Shown in pieces: positions 43,901 to 58,400 of a stretch of 64,000 nucleotides of DNA (position 1 is its first letter; every line of letters starts with the position of its first letter). Source of the stretch: Bugula neritina (Eukaryota; Animalia; Bryozoa). Made by a program: the position numbers and the translations under genes. The notes under the pieces are model-generated. The model saw only the letters and a list, made by a program, of their open reading frames with translations. It did no database searches and had not been told where the DNA came from. The stretch is from NCBI GenBank assembly GCA_964035545.1, contig OZ037767.1:24878628-24942627 (forward strand). The letters run 5' to 3'.

Positions 43901-45727
43901 AAACTATTCTGTTTAGAAATAAGACTGGTTGTGTTGAGACGCAAACCATCCAAACTAGCGTTCAACGGAGAGCCAGAGTCTAGTGGATTTATCTTCACCT
44001 GCAGAACATTAGAAAACATCCATACAAGATAGACAAGCACTGCTTTCCTCTAGAGGTCGTAGTAAATCGCATAAAAAACAGCTTCTCCAACAAGAGTTCA
44101 TATTATGTGAACCAATATAGTCTATACTACACCTTAAGTTTGCTACGGCGTGTTTTCTCTTCATTATCGCTGCCGCTATCACTGCTGCTATCCCACGAAT
44201 CATCTTCCTTGACAGTGTTAGCTTTGGGTATGGAGAACCCCTCCTCATCTACCTCTGGTTGACTTGTGTTTGATATCTTATCAGCATCAGTACTACTATT
44301 TGTGTCCTGAATAAAATTTCAAAGTTGCCCACTTGGATATAAACAGCTACAGGGCAAACATGTGGTTAACACTGTTAAACAACTTTTAAACAGCATGAAT
44401 ATTTAGCATGGCTAAATTGAAATCATGTCAACTTTAAAACAGAAAAATTTAATTCAAGTCTATGCCAAGCAACGACTTGATTGACTGTCAAGTCTGTAAT
44501 GAAAGTAAATACATATTTAACACAATGTGACGTGACAAAACCTAGATCATCAAAACACAAATACCATACAATAACAAACCAGAAGGCAACTATAAAATAA
44601 ACAATATCAACTCCCATTACTCAGTCCCAAAAATATACCTTGTCAGCATTCTTTTTCTTCTTTTTTCGCTTGAATATTCCACCAATATTAAGGTGCATCA
44701 TCGAGCTGGTAGTTTGTGAAGCTGCGGGGGCCTCCGATAACTCTGAGGCTATTTCTTCTTGGGGAGACGGGGGAGGAGGAAGACTAGATAGATCGGCTTC
44801 TTCAAATTGAACTGATGCTAAAATACAGGAATGCAAATGAAGAAACCAAAATACAGACTATATGGTGAAGCAAGCATTATTTTACAGTTAGAATTCAGCT
44901 CCGTGGTTTACTGTAGCCTGCTACTGAATTGGCTTACCGGGTGGTTCTGTTCCAGTGTGTTTAGTTTCAATGAATGTGTCGAGAAGGCATTCAACGGAGA
45001 GTTCTGTAAGATTTGTATGGAACTCGTAGTGAAGTTCACCAATCTCAGTGTGCTTATCATCTCGAGCAGAGGCGTACTTCCTTACGAACTGTTCTAACTG
45101 TGACAGGTACTCAACCTCATGCTCCTGGAATACTTCCGTGGACTCTCCCATCTTCTTCTTATAATCTTCCAATATAGTGTTATATTTAGCCACATTTTGC
45201 TTGTATTCTTCAGTAGCTTTTTTAAATTCAGCTTCTGCTCGCTCAAGTTTTTTAGCAGTTGATTTATCCGAAAGTACTTTTTTATATTCCAGAAACTTGG
45301 AATTGTACGATTCTTTGCTCTTAGTCAGTAGTGAAGAGATATTCTGCATAGACTGTACAGTCTCGAGTGTTGACGCTTGCGTTTCTTTGATAGATTTGTA
45401 TTTTTTACCAAGATTTTCTAGGCACTTGTGTATTTCATTAGCTAGTTCTTTCCACTTTTTAGACAACTCCGAGTGTGAAGCCGACAACTTTTCAAAAGAG
45501 CTCTTAACTGTTTGCCAAACAGGTGAGAAACTACTATTTGTACTATAACTGCTAATGCTTCTTACAATTCTGCTCATTTGCTTCACATGCGACTCTTCCA
45601 CACTACTGCATTGTTTTACAAAATCTTCCAGATCTTTGCATGACTGCTCACCATGCTTTAAATTTTGTGATAAAACTTCGAAACCCAAGTGTTTGTCCCC
45701 CCAGAAGTGGTCAGCAAACATTGACAT
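37927..45727 (-). CDS. FCHO2: F-BAR domain only protein (FCHO1/2 ortholog, muniscin)
   Basis: Exons 45727-44938 (whole F-BAR: FADHFWGDKHLGFEVL), 44817-44639, 44306-44133 (AP2-activator-like VDEEGFSI..W.SSSDS), 43998-43833, candidate microexons 43524-43513 and 43456-43430, 42693-42489, 40773-40608 (LPIAIALTE), 40151-39972 (GELMMSFPA), 38442-37927 (mu-homology domain). Phases consistent. Confidence 0.93.
41650..41995. repeat. 24-bp minisatellite (GACCTACATGTACACTA(A/G)CTTAGT) in an FCHO intron
   Basis: About 11 near-perfect units plus degenerate flanking units. Confidence 0.9.
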
Positions 45728-48086
45728 CTTGACCTTGAAATTCAACAACTCTTATGCTAAAAATAAAACACAACTAGTATAAGCATAATAAAATATAGGA
45801 CAAGTTAAGTCAAACTACAAGCACAATAATAGTTACACTTATACTCTTAGAGTGAGCGTGTAAACATTTATAACATTAGTTATAGTCCCATTTCATTTTT
45901 TCTTAATATTGTAGTTATTGCTAGTACGGTGAGTATTAAATTCATATTTTAAAATTTAAAATCAACATTTGTGAAATTATAATAGGTTTGGAAACAAAAT
46001 TCACACAAAATTAATTCAATACAAACATTAGAATAATTGTGAACATCATGATTTTTATTACACTTACAATATCATTTCAAACTTTCAGAATTTTGATAGT
46101 GATTCATAGTAAATATATTAGATTGCAATTACACAAAATATAACTCAGAAGCATAACAATGTAACATTACGTGAAGTCACGTCATGACAGTATCAGTATA
46201 TCTATATGAGTACACCTACCTCTAGGTTTGTTTTACTTTTAACCATAGACTTGGTATTGGTATGTTTCTTAGTATTACAGTTTTAACTATACTTAATAGA
46301 GTGTTACTTGTTACAATTAGTATTACTATTAGCAATATTCATACTGTTGAGTATAACTATAAATATTAGTCTATTACTACCACAACAGTAACTCTAAGTG
46401 AAATTACTAATAGTAATACTCTTAATGTCACTCAAAGTTACTTGATTAGGATTATTATTATAAAATTTATCATTATAGTAAACTATAATAAAATTAATAA
46501 TCATAATGTCAATTACTAATAGAGTAATAGACATAGAGTGATAGTATTTACTGCTTAGTACTTAGTAGTAGTATTGGGAGCAGATGTAACTAAGAAACTA
46601 AGACTAAGTATTACTATAAGATAAACATTAACTATTACTGCCAGTATTAGGAATAGTTATAGTACAAGTAATAACTAATAACTATGAGATATAAGTTTGA
46701 CATTAAGTTTAACCCTAATGATGAAACTTAAATATTACTATTGTGAAAACTTGACTATCAATTACAATAGCATTATGAATATATTATAAAATTAAAATAT
46801 CAACATAAAACTGAATATTAATGCAAAATTCAAATTGTTTAGCAATACAAACATAACATAGTGATGATTATAATTATTCATCATACTCATATTAAATTTG
46901 ATATGCCATGTTTATAGCCATAGTGATAATCAGTATTAGCACACTAATTATAAGTATATTGCTACAATAAAAACAGCAACTATAAACTAATGATGATCAT
47001 AATCATAATGAATATCAATATGAATATTATTTCAATTTGAACTATTGTTAATATAAATATTATAATAATTATTATTATTATTATGATACTCTAGTCATAG
47101 TCAATATTACAGCCAATTATGAATTAATATTTTTATAAATATATTTTGATACATTAAAAAAAAGAAATACACTTTATTGTTATATAAATAGGAAATTAAA
47201 TAATTATAACAAAATAATAAATTATTTATTAAATATATTACAAAATTAAATAGTATTATTATTAGTATTAGTAGTAGTACTACTATTACTATTAGTAATA
47301 GTAATACTATTACATTTATTATTAGTATTTGTCAATCATTATGATTATTCATTAGACATACTGATAGTATTAGTATTACTATTAGTATTACTATTAGTAT
47401 TAGTATTAGTATTACTATTACTAATAGTAAATGTAATTCAAATTGACAATAACAATTAATATTTAATGATAATTCAATTAGTATTACAACTATTATTAAT
47501 AATATTAATATTATACTATTCTAATTATAATATTATTATTATTTATTAACATTATAATCATTAAAAGTGATGATCATGATCATGATGATGATACTGATCA
47601 AGGACAAGTACATTCACATTGGTCATTGGTGATTGGATTGAATAATGTAAATAATATTTTTGTGAGTGCATACGCCGATGAAGTATGAGTATGCTATACC
47701 ACATTTAATATAAAGTTAACTACGGCATTCAGATTTACTTTTACTGCAAGCAGTAGCATGATTTGAATATTAAGCATATTCATATATTGATAGTCATAGT
47801 ATTTTCAGTTTGCTGGAAACTCCCTCGAAAATAAACCGGAACTACACTGCACAGTTTGCTGAAATTATTGCGCGAAAAGTATGTAAAAAAAAGTACTACA
47901 TTTTAAAATTATGCCTCATAAATTACAAAATAATGCTACAAAAATTTTTTTAATTAAAATAAAAAAAATAAAAATTTTTTTGAAATAAAATAAATAAGGT
48001 TTAGTATTATTCGAGAGATTGCAAAATTGGTCTAATTTTGTCAGCGGATTAATTTTAAAATCGTTGAATGACGTTATTTCAGAACA

Positions 48087-51000
48087 ATGGCTGGTACTGA
48101 AAAGGTCGTTAATTCCGCTATGAATATAAATTGGGGGTTTTGTGGCGTATTTCTTACCTTAGAAAACGTTTTACTTCCAGAGGAAAAGCTTTCACCAACA
48201 CCATCAATGATAGATGGCTTATCAGCTGAAACAGAGCAAGATTTGCGAATTCTTGGATGTGAATTCATACAGACTTCTGGAATTCTTTTGAAACTACCAC
48301 AGGCAAGTGTAACGACCATAATGGCATAAACACTAGCAGTTATTTCAAACTTGTAAAGGAATAAGCATAACCATTCAGTTTCATTATTGTCGTTTACTCT
48401 TAGTCATGACTTGCAGTTATGATATTGAGTAGCAATCGTACAAACTCAAATATTCATATTGAAATAATTCCACGTCCAATATGAATATGAATATCAATAT
48501 CGTAATACTAATACAGTAATAGTAATACTAAACTGAGTAAACTAATAGTTAGTAACTTAGTTGCTTTGTAATACTATAACTAATACTAATGTCTAATTGC
48601 ATTTTTATTTACTGAGCCGCGAATAATTGAAATTCAAATTGCATCATTAATTATACTTTCGATTTTAATTTACCTTTAATGTTATTAAAAAATACTTTAA
48701 TTGGCGTGAATCAACTCTGGCTTAGTGTTCATATACAATATAGGACAAGTTTGGACCCGAAACTGAATGTTAAAGTGCATATTTAATTTAATGACAAATT
48801 TAAAAAATGGTAATAAATTTGTGCTCATATGTAGTAAATTGATTTGCGATTTCTGATAGCTTAACACTTTCAAGCTGCTCAGTTATTAAGCTGTGTGTTG
48901 CAGTAGCTAAAACTAGCATTCAAGGAAAGCTAGCTATAATTTTATTATAGCACTAGCAGTAAAGTGTAATCTGCAATAGCCATTACAGCTCTTTAACTGC
49001 AGTTAAATTTCCTCAATAATTACTTGAATACTTAAGTGTAACAGCTAAATGTTAAACTGGGAATTTTTGCACTTTGTATTCTTAAAAATATTTTTCAACC
49101 TAGGCAAGTCAAGTAATTCATCAAGTTGGATGAGAAGGAATTTCAATACTTGAGTCCCTTGGACCCAGCTCTGTGAATTGCCCTTCTTCCATTCAATTTT
49201 GTTCGTTACATTGCAGGCCAATAATAATAATGCAATCGCAATCATGAGTAAAATGATTCATTCTTGTGTTTTTAATAATAATTGACAGGCATTTATAATA
49301 CACGATTGGATCTATTGCATTATATTGCCAAGTACCAAACCTACTATCGTTACCCATAACTATACAATGTTTATGATTATATTGTGACTTTAGGTGGCCA
49401 TGGCTACTGGTCAGGTACTCTTTCAGAGGTTCTTCTACTGCAAGTCTTTTGTCAACCACAATATGGATGTTGTTGCCATGGCTTGCATCAATTTAGCAAC
49501 CAAGATTGAAGAAGCTCCAAGAAGGCTTCGAGACGTCATCAATGTGTTTCATCATATGAAGCAGATCCGTCAGAAACGGTTGGTAGTACCTATAAATCTG
49601 CATGTTACAAATTCATTTTAGTCTCAAATTCAAGCTTTGTTCTCTTAGTAATGCTACTCCATTTTCTGTTTCATTATTGACTAATTTGTTTGAGCACCTT
49701 TCTTTGACCAGTGACATCTACCTAGGTTTCACCTTTACACAGGTATAGATGGTTTTGTCAGCTTGATGTTTAGTTTTCGGTTATAAGACTGATATTTTGC
49801 ATTATTTTAGACTTCTTACACCGCTGATACTTGATGAAAATTATGTTCGTTTAAAAAATGAAGTCATCCGAGCTGAACGACGACTACTTAAAGAATTGGG
49901 GTTTTGTGTTCATGTCCAACACCCTCACAAGGTTAGTTGTAGTGCACCAGTTTATTTTTGATGAACAATTCTCTGAGTCTTCCTGATTAACATCTTGTTG
50001 ATTAAAACCCATAAACATTGGCACATGTTTTCTTCAAATTGCATGAAAGTTGGACCAGAAAATGTGATGTAAAACCAAAATTGCTCACCAGTTGCTTTTT
50101 GTTGAACGGTTTCTGCATGCAATGTAAATTTATTGCTTGCATTTTGCAGTTGATAATGATGTATTGCAAGCTGTTGAATCAAGATGGTAACACGAAATTG
50201 GTTCAGAAAGCATGGTAAGTAATTCTCTAGTATATCTCTTTAGATGCTGTTGACAGTCTGTATGAAAGAAATATCAGCATATTTTTTTGTAAATATTTCT
50301 TTTCAAGTGAAAAGCAATCCACTTGAATAAGGGTGTTGAAATACCATAGCTTACATTGTCTTCACTGTTGAGCCAGTATTAACATGGATATTTTTACCTA
50401 CTCAGATTAGGTGGTTCAATACTACCTGTGATGAGAGTGGGACTAAAAGACAACCTAAATGGACAGGTGTGATGCTCTCTACCTGCATCTACAGCTGCAG
50501 TAGACCGCACTCATGCAGTAACAACAGCCTGCCTGTCGGTCGACACATGTCTACCCTACCCACCAGAGGGAGTGAGCTGGTGACCGGCCACAGTTCATGC
50601 ATTAATCTCTAGTATTTTATCTCCGTGAACTGTGGTTACGTCAGCTATACCAGCTCCTCTTTTCTGTTAATTCCTTCAGTCACCAGGTAGAGTGAGGTAT
50701 CCGATGATACACCACACATCATTCTGTCTCTAACTTTGATCTCCTAGTTTTCTCTATTACTGTAGCCTGATCATTCTGCACCTTTCAAACATTGCTTGAA
50801 ATCATGTGATCGTTCAAGACCAGACTGATGCTCATTTGATTACTAGCAATATTTTTGTAGGCATATATCTCTTTAGTTTATGAAGATGTATGAATAAACT
50901 GTATCCACAGCAGTGTGAAGTGCATTTAAGTGTTATGCATAAAATAGAGTGTGTAGTCGGGACTCACAACTACCAATGCTGAACTGTTTCTAAGTATTTT

Positions 51001-53024
51001 CCAGCTGCTTCATAATAAACTGTAATAATCGGATTGTGCGAGTTGGAGCATTGTCTGGCTACCAGAGTGTCTCGAGGAGAAAATGGTATGCAGCACGCCT
51101 GTGCCAAGCAGACTAGACAATTATAGTGGCTATGATATCAACACTGTAGACTTGCATTCAGCATGGATTAGATAATATGGTGACACTGCTGGACAATAAT
51201 CATATAGGTTGAATGAGAGCTGGTCTTTTACATTCATTTCATGAAGAAACGTGTTTTGTTAACAATTCCTAGTTAATGATCCATGCCACCTTATTAACTG
51301 AACATACAATCACAATAACTGGCTATATGTTTGTCTGTCTTATTATGGAACTATACTAACAATTATCACGTGGAGCATTGCAGAAAGACCAACTGTCTTG
51401 AAGGAGACTCTGCTCGCTGGGACAGGTGCTAGGAGTATTGAACCTCTGAGGAAAAATATTATCCATGTTATTGCTGGCTGAACAGGGACTGCATTTTGTT
51501 TATTGTTGTTTGTTGCATGTTTTTGTAATAACCATTCTGTATCCGTAGGAACTACATGAACGATAGTTTCCGAACCAACGTGTTTGTTAGATTCCATCCT
51601 GAGACGATTGCTGCAGCTTGCATTTACCTGGCAGCTCGTATGCTAAAGGTAAATGCTTTTTGCGTCTGGTATTGTTATAATAATGTCTCTATGAATGGTT
51701 ACTTTTTAGCCCGAGTAATGAGAAATGGACTAATGTAACATCTGTGTTTGGTTTGTTATATATTATGTCAATATCGCTACCTGAATATAACTACAATCCT
51801 TGAATAGGCAGTTTTGCTTTTGCAATTCCAAAAACTAATGTTGATTGCAACTAATATTTTTTCAAAAGTGGTAGCTTTTAACTGTTTGTAATGCCATCAA
51901 TGACTGAAAGTTTCAGTGTGTAAGTTTGCTATTACAGGTTCCCTTGCCAAACCACAAGCCCGCATGGTATGACGTCATAACACACACCGACCTTCCTGCC
52001 ATCCAAGATATCTGTAGAGAGGTGCTGAAACTCTACACATACCAGAAGCCAGATGCTGAAAAGTTGGAGCAGATTGTGTCTGTGTTAAAGAAGGCTCAGG
52101 TGGAGGCAAAGGCAAGACTCCGAGGAGCTCTTGGTAATGGCACGCCTACTCAAGCAACTAATTCCCGTCCAGCTACACCCAGCAAAGTCAGTCCTCATTC
52201 TGGTGCCGAAGACCAAAAACTAAAAGGAGATCTCATGATTAATGGGTAGGTGCTGATAAAGTAGCTATGCATTATTTTGGGCAACTCGTCTCTGCAGTAG
52301 CCTTAGTCCAAAAGTACTTGTTAACAATGTTCTTTTATGTTATTCCAGTATAAAGAAAAAGTTAAGGGAGAGGAACCGATCACCTTCTCGTTCTGTATCT
52401 CGATCTCCACAAAGAAAACATAGGCAATTACCTAAGAGATACAGAGAGAGGTCTCGCTCCAGAGACAGAAGATATTATGACAACCACAAGTTAGTAGATT
52501 TGTACTTTACATATAGTTTATGTCACTCACCATTGAAATATGCTGCATTGGGCCCCATTTTAATGAGTAGAAACTTCTTAAAGTTAAAATTAGAAAGCAT
52601 TTTTTAAAAGAGCTCCCAAAGCTGTAATATATTTGTAGAGAAAAAATACATTTTTCTTGACTGAATACAGCAGTGGTTTGGGGTTTTAAATATTAAGTAT
52701 AGTAGTATTTCCATATTATAATAAACAAGTATACATTTTTTCACTTTACTAGTGATATTAAACTGCCATGAGGATTTACTTTTCAGTGTTTTAGCACTTC
52801 GTAAAACATACCAGTTCCTGCTAACAATCGTACAGTTGCCATAGACAAGTATTTAACTTTGCAGATCATCTAAGTCGAAAAGTAAGAAGAGATCCCGATC
52901 TCCCAGGAGCAGGTCCAGAAGCTACGAGAGGAGCAGCAAACGATACAGATCGCGCTCTAAATCTAAAAACCGCTATCGCACGTCTTCAAAGCGTAGTCGC
53001 AGTCGAGAACGATACAGGCGGTAA
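48087..53024 (+). CDS. CCNL1: Cyclin L (CCNL1/2 ortholog), with C-terminal RS domain
   Basis: Exons 48087-48302, 49394-49578, 49811-49931, 50150-50214, 51549-51648, 51938-52245, 52349-52489, 52865-53024. Motifs [66 protein letters not shown]-rich tail. Confidence 0.96.
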
Positions 53025-55465
53025 TTCCTTACCCTGGTCTCTCCTTTAGGTTACTAACAACTATGTGACTTGGTCACATTCTGTAGATATTGTACAGTTA
53101 CACTTGAAATTAGAGCTAACATTTTTTAAAATAAATCATTGCCAAATTCTCATTTTAAAACCTGCATGGTTTCTTCAACTAGCATCAATAGTATATTGTC
53201 AAACATGTAAGAATGTAGTTTTTACCGATACATATTAATGTCGCTAGACATTTTTACTTGTGCAGCATATCTGACTATTTTTTAACATGACTTAACATAC
53301 CTCATTCTGGTAGTAGGTTTGGCCTGCCTACGTTATGTAAATGTCTTAACCATTTATAGGCTATCTTTTAGTGTCATAAATAAAATATTTATGTGTAAAC
53401 ATAAAACAAATTCTTGTTGCTCTTACATAAACCAGAAAAAGTCCAAGTTTAACACACAATTCCAAAAAAGAGCAGAGGTAATACAAGTTCTAAATAAACT
53501 AGCATATCTGAATTCTCTGATGGTATTAAACTACATAACAAGCACCCTCTCTGTTCATGATTTATTGGGTCTGTAATGCTATTGCTGTCTCCACGAGGAA
53601 TTCTACATGAAAAGATATAGGTAATATTGTAATGGCATGCTAGAAGCTGTAAATTACCATCATTTACATCTTTTGCAACTTCTAATGAAATCAATCTTCA
53701 CTACTTATGTCATGAATATGTTCAACATGAGGTTCACTAACTCTATGTCAATAACACTATTTTTCATCTCAAAGTTGCTAATATTTATTAAAATGAAGGT
53801 TTTTATAACTCAATCATAGAAGTCTTGGTGTAATGGACGTCGTTTTAACCCAATTGTATCGGTTTGTGACAGTGTCTGGGTGTGACTTAAATTGTGATGT
53901 ACTTTATCTATTACCCAAATTGGCACAGGTTCTTAAGTTTATTGACTATCGAATCGTACCAATATTGATGCACAGATAAGATTCTTTGTCATCCCAATGT
54001 CAAAACCGATGGTCTATTCAGAGTGTACATGTTAGAGTATAAAACTGTGTGCTCATATAATGTTGTAGCAAATGTAGTGAGCCGTCTGTTGGAAGAGAGA
54101 AGTTAATAAATGTTCCTCTGCGGCTGCTTGATTAGAGCACACTGCCTGTGTTGTACCAAGGATAGTAAACTATAGCAGCAGCACTGCCAGCTAAGAATAG
54201 CTTTTGATGAATGTATTAAAGTAAGAAAGCTTCAACAATTCGTGGCATACCAATACACCAATAATTGCCAACACTCCAGCAGATGCTTGTAATCGTAAAT
54301 TTAAAAGAGTTTCCATGCAGTATTAAATGCATCAATAGAAAACTGCTACTACAAGATGGAATATTTTTATAACTAGAGGTTTTTGGTTTGTAAGGGTAGA
54401 CAGTTGTGATGCTACATCAGCCAGTATAACTGGTTAAACACCAGTAATTATGAACAATTTCATCATCACAATTATGGTATGCACTCAAAAGCAATTATAT
54501 GACAATGGCTGAATAATGATAGAGGCAATTATGTAGAGGATTAAATGATAATCACTCCATTTATAACCATCTACATAACTTTAGGTTACACATGAAAACA
54601 AGAAGTAAGAACTGTCACCTACAGACCTGGCCATATTAAGATAGTTTTAAACCGTTGAATGAGTAAATATAAATATACATGTGTGTACAAATCTTAGTTA
54701 TTTTGGCCAGAAATAGAAATTTAAATACTATTTAACCTAATTATATAATAACCAAATTTTATTTTATTGACTTGAGTTGAAGCATCAGAAATTATGATAT
54801 GTTTTCATCTCCAGAAAATTTTTGCAAAAACTGCTATAATATATAATTTATTTTATTTGCAATATTACATGCTTAGGTGTAGATGCAACAAATTATAATG
54901 GCTTAAGTGAGTTTATTCTTTATTGTGCAGGGTAAAAATTCCTATTACATGTTCGTCAGAGCAGTTAGACAATACCTGCAAATTTAAAAATGAAATGTTG
55001 GGAAAAATGCTTAACAACTAACAATTATTTTCACGTCTTGCACATGTCAGTTACAATTAAGAGGTGTTGCTTGTTTTAGGTTTAGTTAGTGCGCTGATCT
55101 TATGTCATTGTACTAATAATAAGCAATAAGCTATGAAGGACATTTGTTTCTTGGCAGCGATGCAAATTAACCTAATAGGTAACAACTCTGGCAGCTACCA
55201 CTTGTAAATTTTACATGTTTTAGAAGCTGCATGCATTTTATTAAACAATTACTATAAGTCGAATAAACAAATTCGCTTTACAACAAAGAAATTAGTTTGC
55301 TATAATTGTGTTAGGATTTGATTACATATATCTTATAATCTAGCAATACATATTTTGCATATATGCCAAATGCAAAATATATATATAAAAACATGTACAA
55401 TAGTAGCAGCCAATATATAACATCTAATATGACGCAGCATGTAGAGTGACAACAGGTTATAAAAA

Positions 55466-58400
55466 TTAGGCTTCAGTCAGGTCATCGTTAAAGTATAAAT
55501 GGATTGCTGGTAGAAACGTGTCATCATTCATAGACAGTTTGTAGAACTCTTCATCTTCGTCCTCAATGCCATTTTCCTACAAAATCATCTAATATAATAA
55601 TAGATATAGATAATAGATATACTACTGATTTACAATAGAATTTATTATTATATATATACCTATAAGTTTGCATTTACATATATGCATATGTATATACATG
55701 TACATGTACATGATGTTAGACATTAAATTATATTTATCGAAGTATACATATTAAAGCTTGAAAAACTATAAATAATCTATGTTATAGAAAAAAAACGGAA
55801 AATTGTTTTTCAATTAAAGTACTCGTAAAATTCAGGCATTCTATCACAAATACAACATAATTTATGCATGTTAGACAATAATTTGCATATAATATGATAT
55901 CACGTACGTGGAAAGAAAAAGCAGCAAACCTGTAAAGTCTGATTGATATCCAAGTTTTTGCCATCATATTTCCATGTGTAGCTGGCAGCATGTGTGTTGT
56001 ATACAAGATATCTCTGTAAAATCTCCATCATTGTTTCTTCAGAACACACCTTTAATAAAACAATGTTCACATTTCTGTCAGCACAAAGTCATAACTAACC
56101 TACTGAGACAGTAATCATAAATATATCTAAAGGCAAAAATTAACATAATTTGTGTATCCTTTTAAAGAGTGTTTGTGACATGAGCCTTTTATAGCTCATG
56201 CAATAAGAAAGCTGTCATAAACATGAGCTTATTATTTCATTGCTTTGACAAAATTGTAATAAACAATCAATGTTCTACAATAATTCAGTGGTCAGTGTAC
56301 CCTATTAACTAATAAACCATCAATGCTTTTAGTTAGAGAATTGCTAAAAATGTACAACAGTAAAGCCATTGGCGATGTTAAAAAAACACCATTTATGACT
56401 CTGATATACTCAATAGTAAATTTGTAGCAATCCTAAAACTAAAAGTTTTGGGGAGCTAATTCTGTTTGTCACGCATGTGCTACAATTAACAAAAGTGTGA
56501 TAAGTATAGTCCTTAGTCTACTAAAATAGAGATGACGACTTCAAGCAAACAGTCATGATGCAATATCATGAGAAGATAACACTGAAACCTCGATAACTTG
56601 ATCTTGAGATGTTAAAGTGTTTATAATCTTGATAGTCCTAGTTTTTTCTGATAGGTAGCCCACTACATAGCTCTCGTCTCTCCACCATGGCCTGCCAAAA
56701 TCATTAGCCCAGTCTGAGCTTGGACATGCTGGAGGTATGTGAACAAATCTGCCAGAAGGTGTGTACGGTATGACACAACCAGTGACTGGGTCCACATGTG
56801 ACCGGATCTAAAGTCAGAAATAAACTGGATAATAAGTTTGTATTTGTATCAAGTAAGATAGAAAAAATAGCATGATACTGGAAAGTAAGATATTAAACTG
56901 GACTGACAGGTAAAGTACATTCTCTACTATAATGCTTTCATTCAGGTTAAGTATTTACATAATCTACAATTAAATTCCTAGGATGTAGTTTTTGATGTAT
57001 ATAATAAAATTTTTATTTGAATCATTTTAATAGTTTTTGTATAACTATATAATTTGTATTAAGGTGTTCAAACATGCAACTCTAGATGTTTAGTGATGTG
57101 ATAATTTAATCAAGTTTCTACTTCTCATATATAATAACATACTGTATATCATATCATGTATCATATAATATAACATATCATATATCATATCATGTATCAT
57201 ATAATATAACATATCATATATCATATCATGTATCATATAATATAACATATCATATATCATATCATGTATCATATAATATAACATATCATATATCATAACA
57301 TGTATCATATAATATAACATATCATATATCATATCATGTATCATATAATATAACATATCATATATCATTTCATATATCATATACATCATACCAGAATACA
57401 TTCTATTATATCACTATAATATATCGTTTTTTATATCATATCAATAATCATATGTTAAAAAAAAAACAAATCTATTTACCTCTCTAGTTTTCTTGTCAAA
57501 CCAGTGTGATATATCTTTTCCAGCTTCTTGAATAATTGGTTTTAGCAGAACATCACCTATATAAAAGTAACAATGACATACAATTGCTAGATAGTACATA
57601 CCATTTTAATATTTGTGTAATTTGTTACTTATTAAATACTTGTACGGTCAAACACAGACGTTTATTTACTCTTCATCACATAGCTATAATGAAGTGCTAA
57701 AAATTTTAAGTCATAATTATAATTTAATTTTTTGTTTGAATTATGTAAAAGTCAAGATGTAAATTTACTCACTTAATTTTTGCAGAATGCAAATCAAAAG
57801 ATTTTTTTGCAAAGCTTTAATATCAAGTTGCTCATTCAATAATTACTCATTCAAATCAAACACAACATTTTCTAATTACTTTTTAATCTAAAACACACAT
57901 TTTCTCAAACCGCTCCATTTTACTACATCCACCTCATGTACTATTAGTATGACTAAGCAATTACAATAATGTAATGGGATTACGTAGTATAATAATGGGA
58001 TCGTTCCCTCTTGTATGGGAATACTTATAACTATGTTCTACTATCCAATCAGAGGGACCGGAAGGCAAGGTTCCGGTCAAATGACTGTTCGCGGGTTAGC
58101 CAGCAGAAACCATGTGTTGTTGAGAGCAGGGACTCGTAGTAGTAACATGTGTTTGTAATTGATTAGTGTTGTATAATAGTTTGATGTGGTGTTATAATTA
58201 TGTTTATCGAATTAAATAAAGGTTATCGTACGCAAGCCAGACTAGTGATTGCTAGCTAAATTGACACTAAATACGCATACAATCCACGCTTGATAATTGT
58301 GCTAAAACTCACAACAGTGGTGGCAGCGGTGGGATCTTTGCGTATATCAAGATGACAGAAAGAGGCACAGAGCTACCCATTCGGAGGAATGAAGGTGAAG

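Noticed and set aside
45177-45782. Plus-strand ORFs of 123 and 75 aa
   Set aside because: Antisense shadows of the FCHO F-BAR exon.
53319-53819. Short overlapping ORFs between cyclin L and CYB5D1
   Set aside because: No recognisable domain or consistent splice structure; likely UTR or intergenic sequence.
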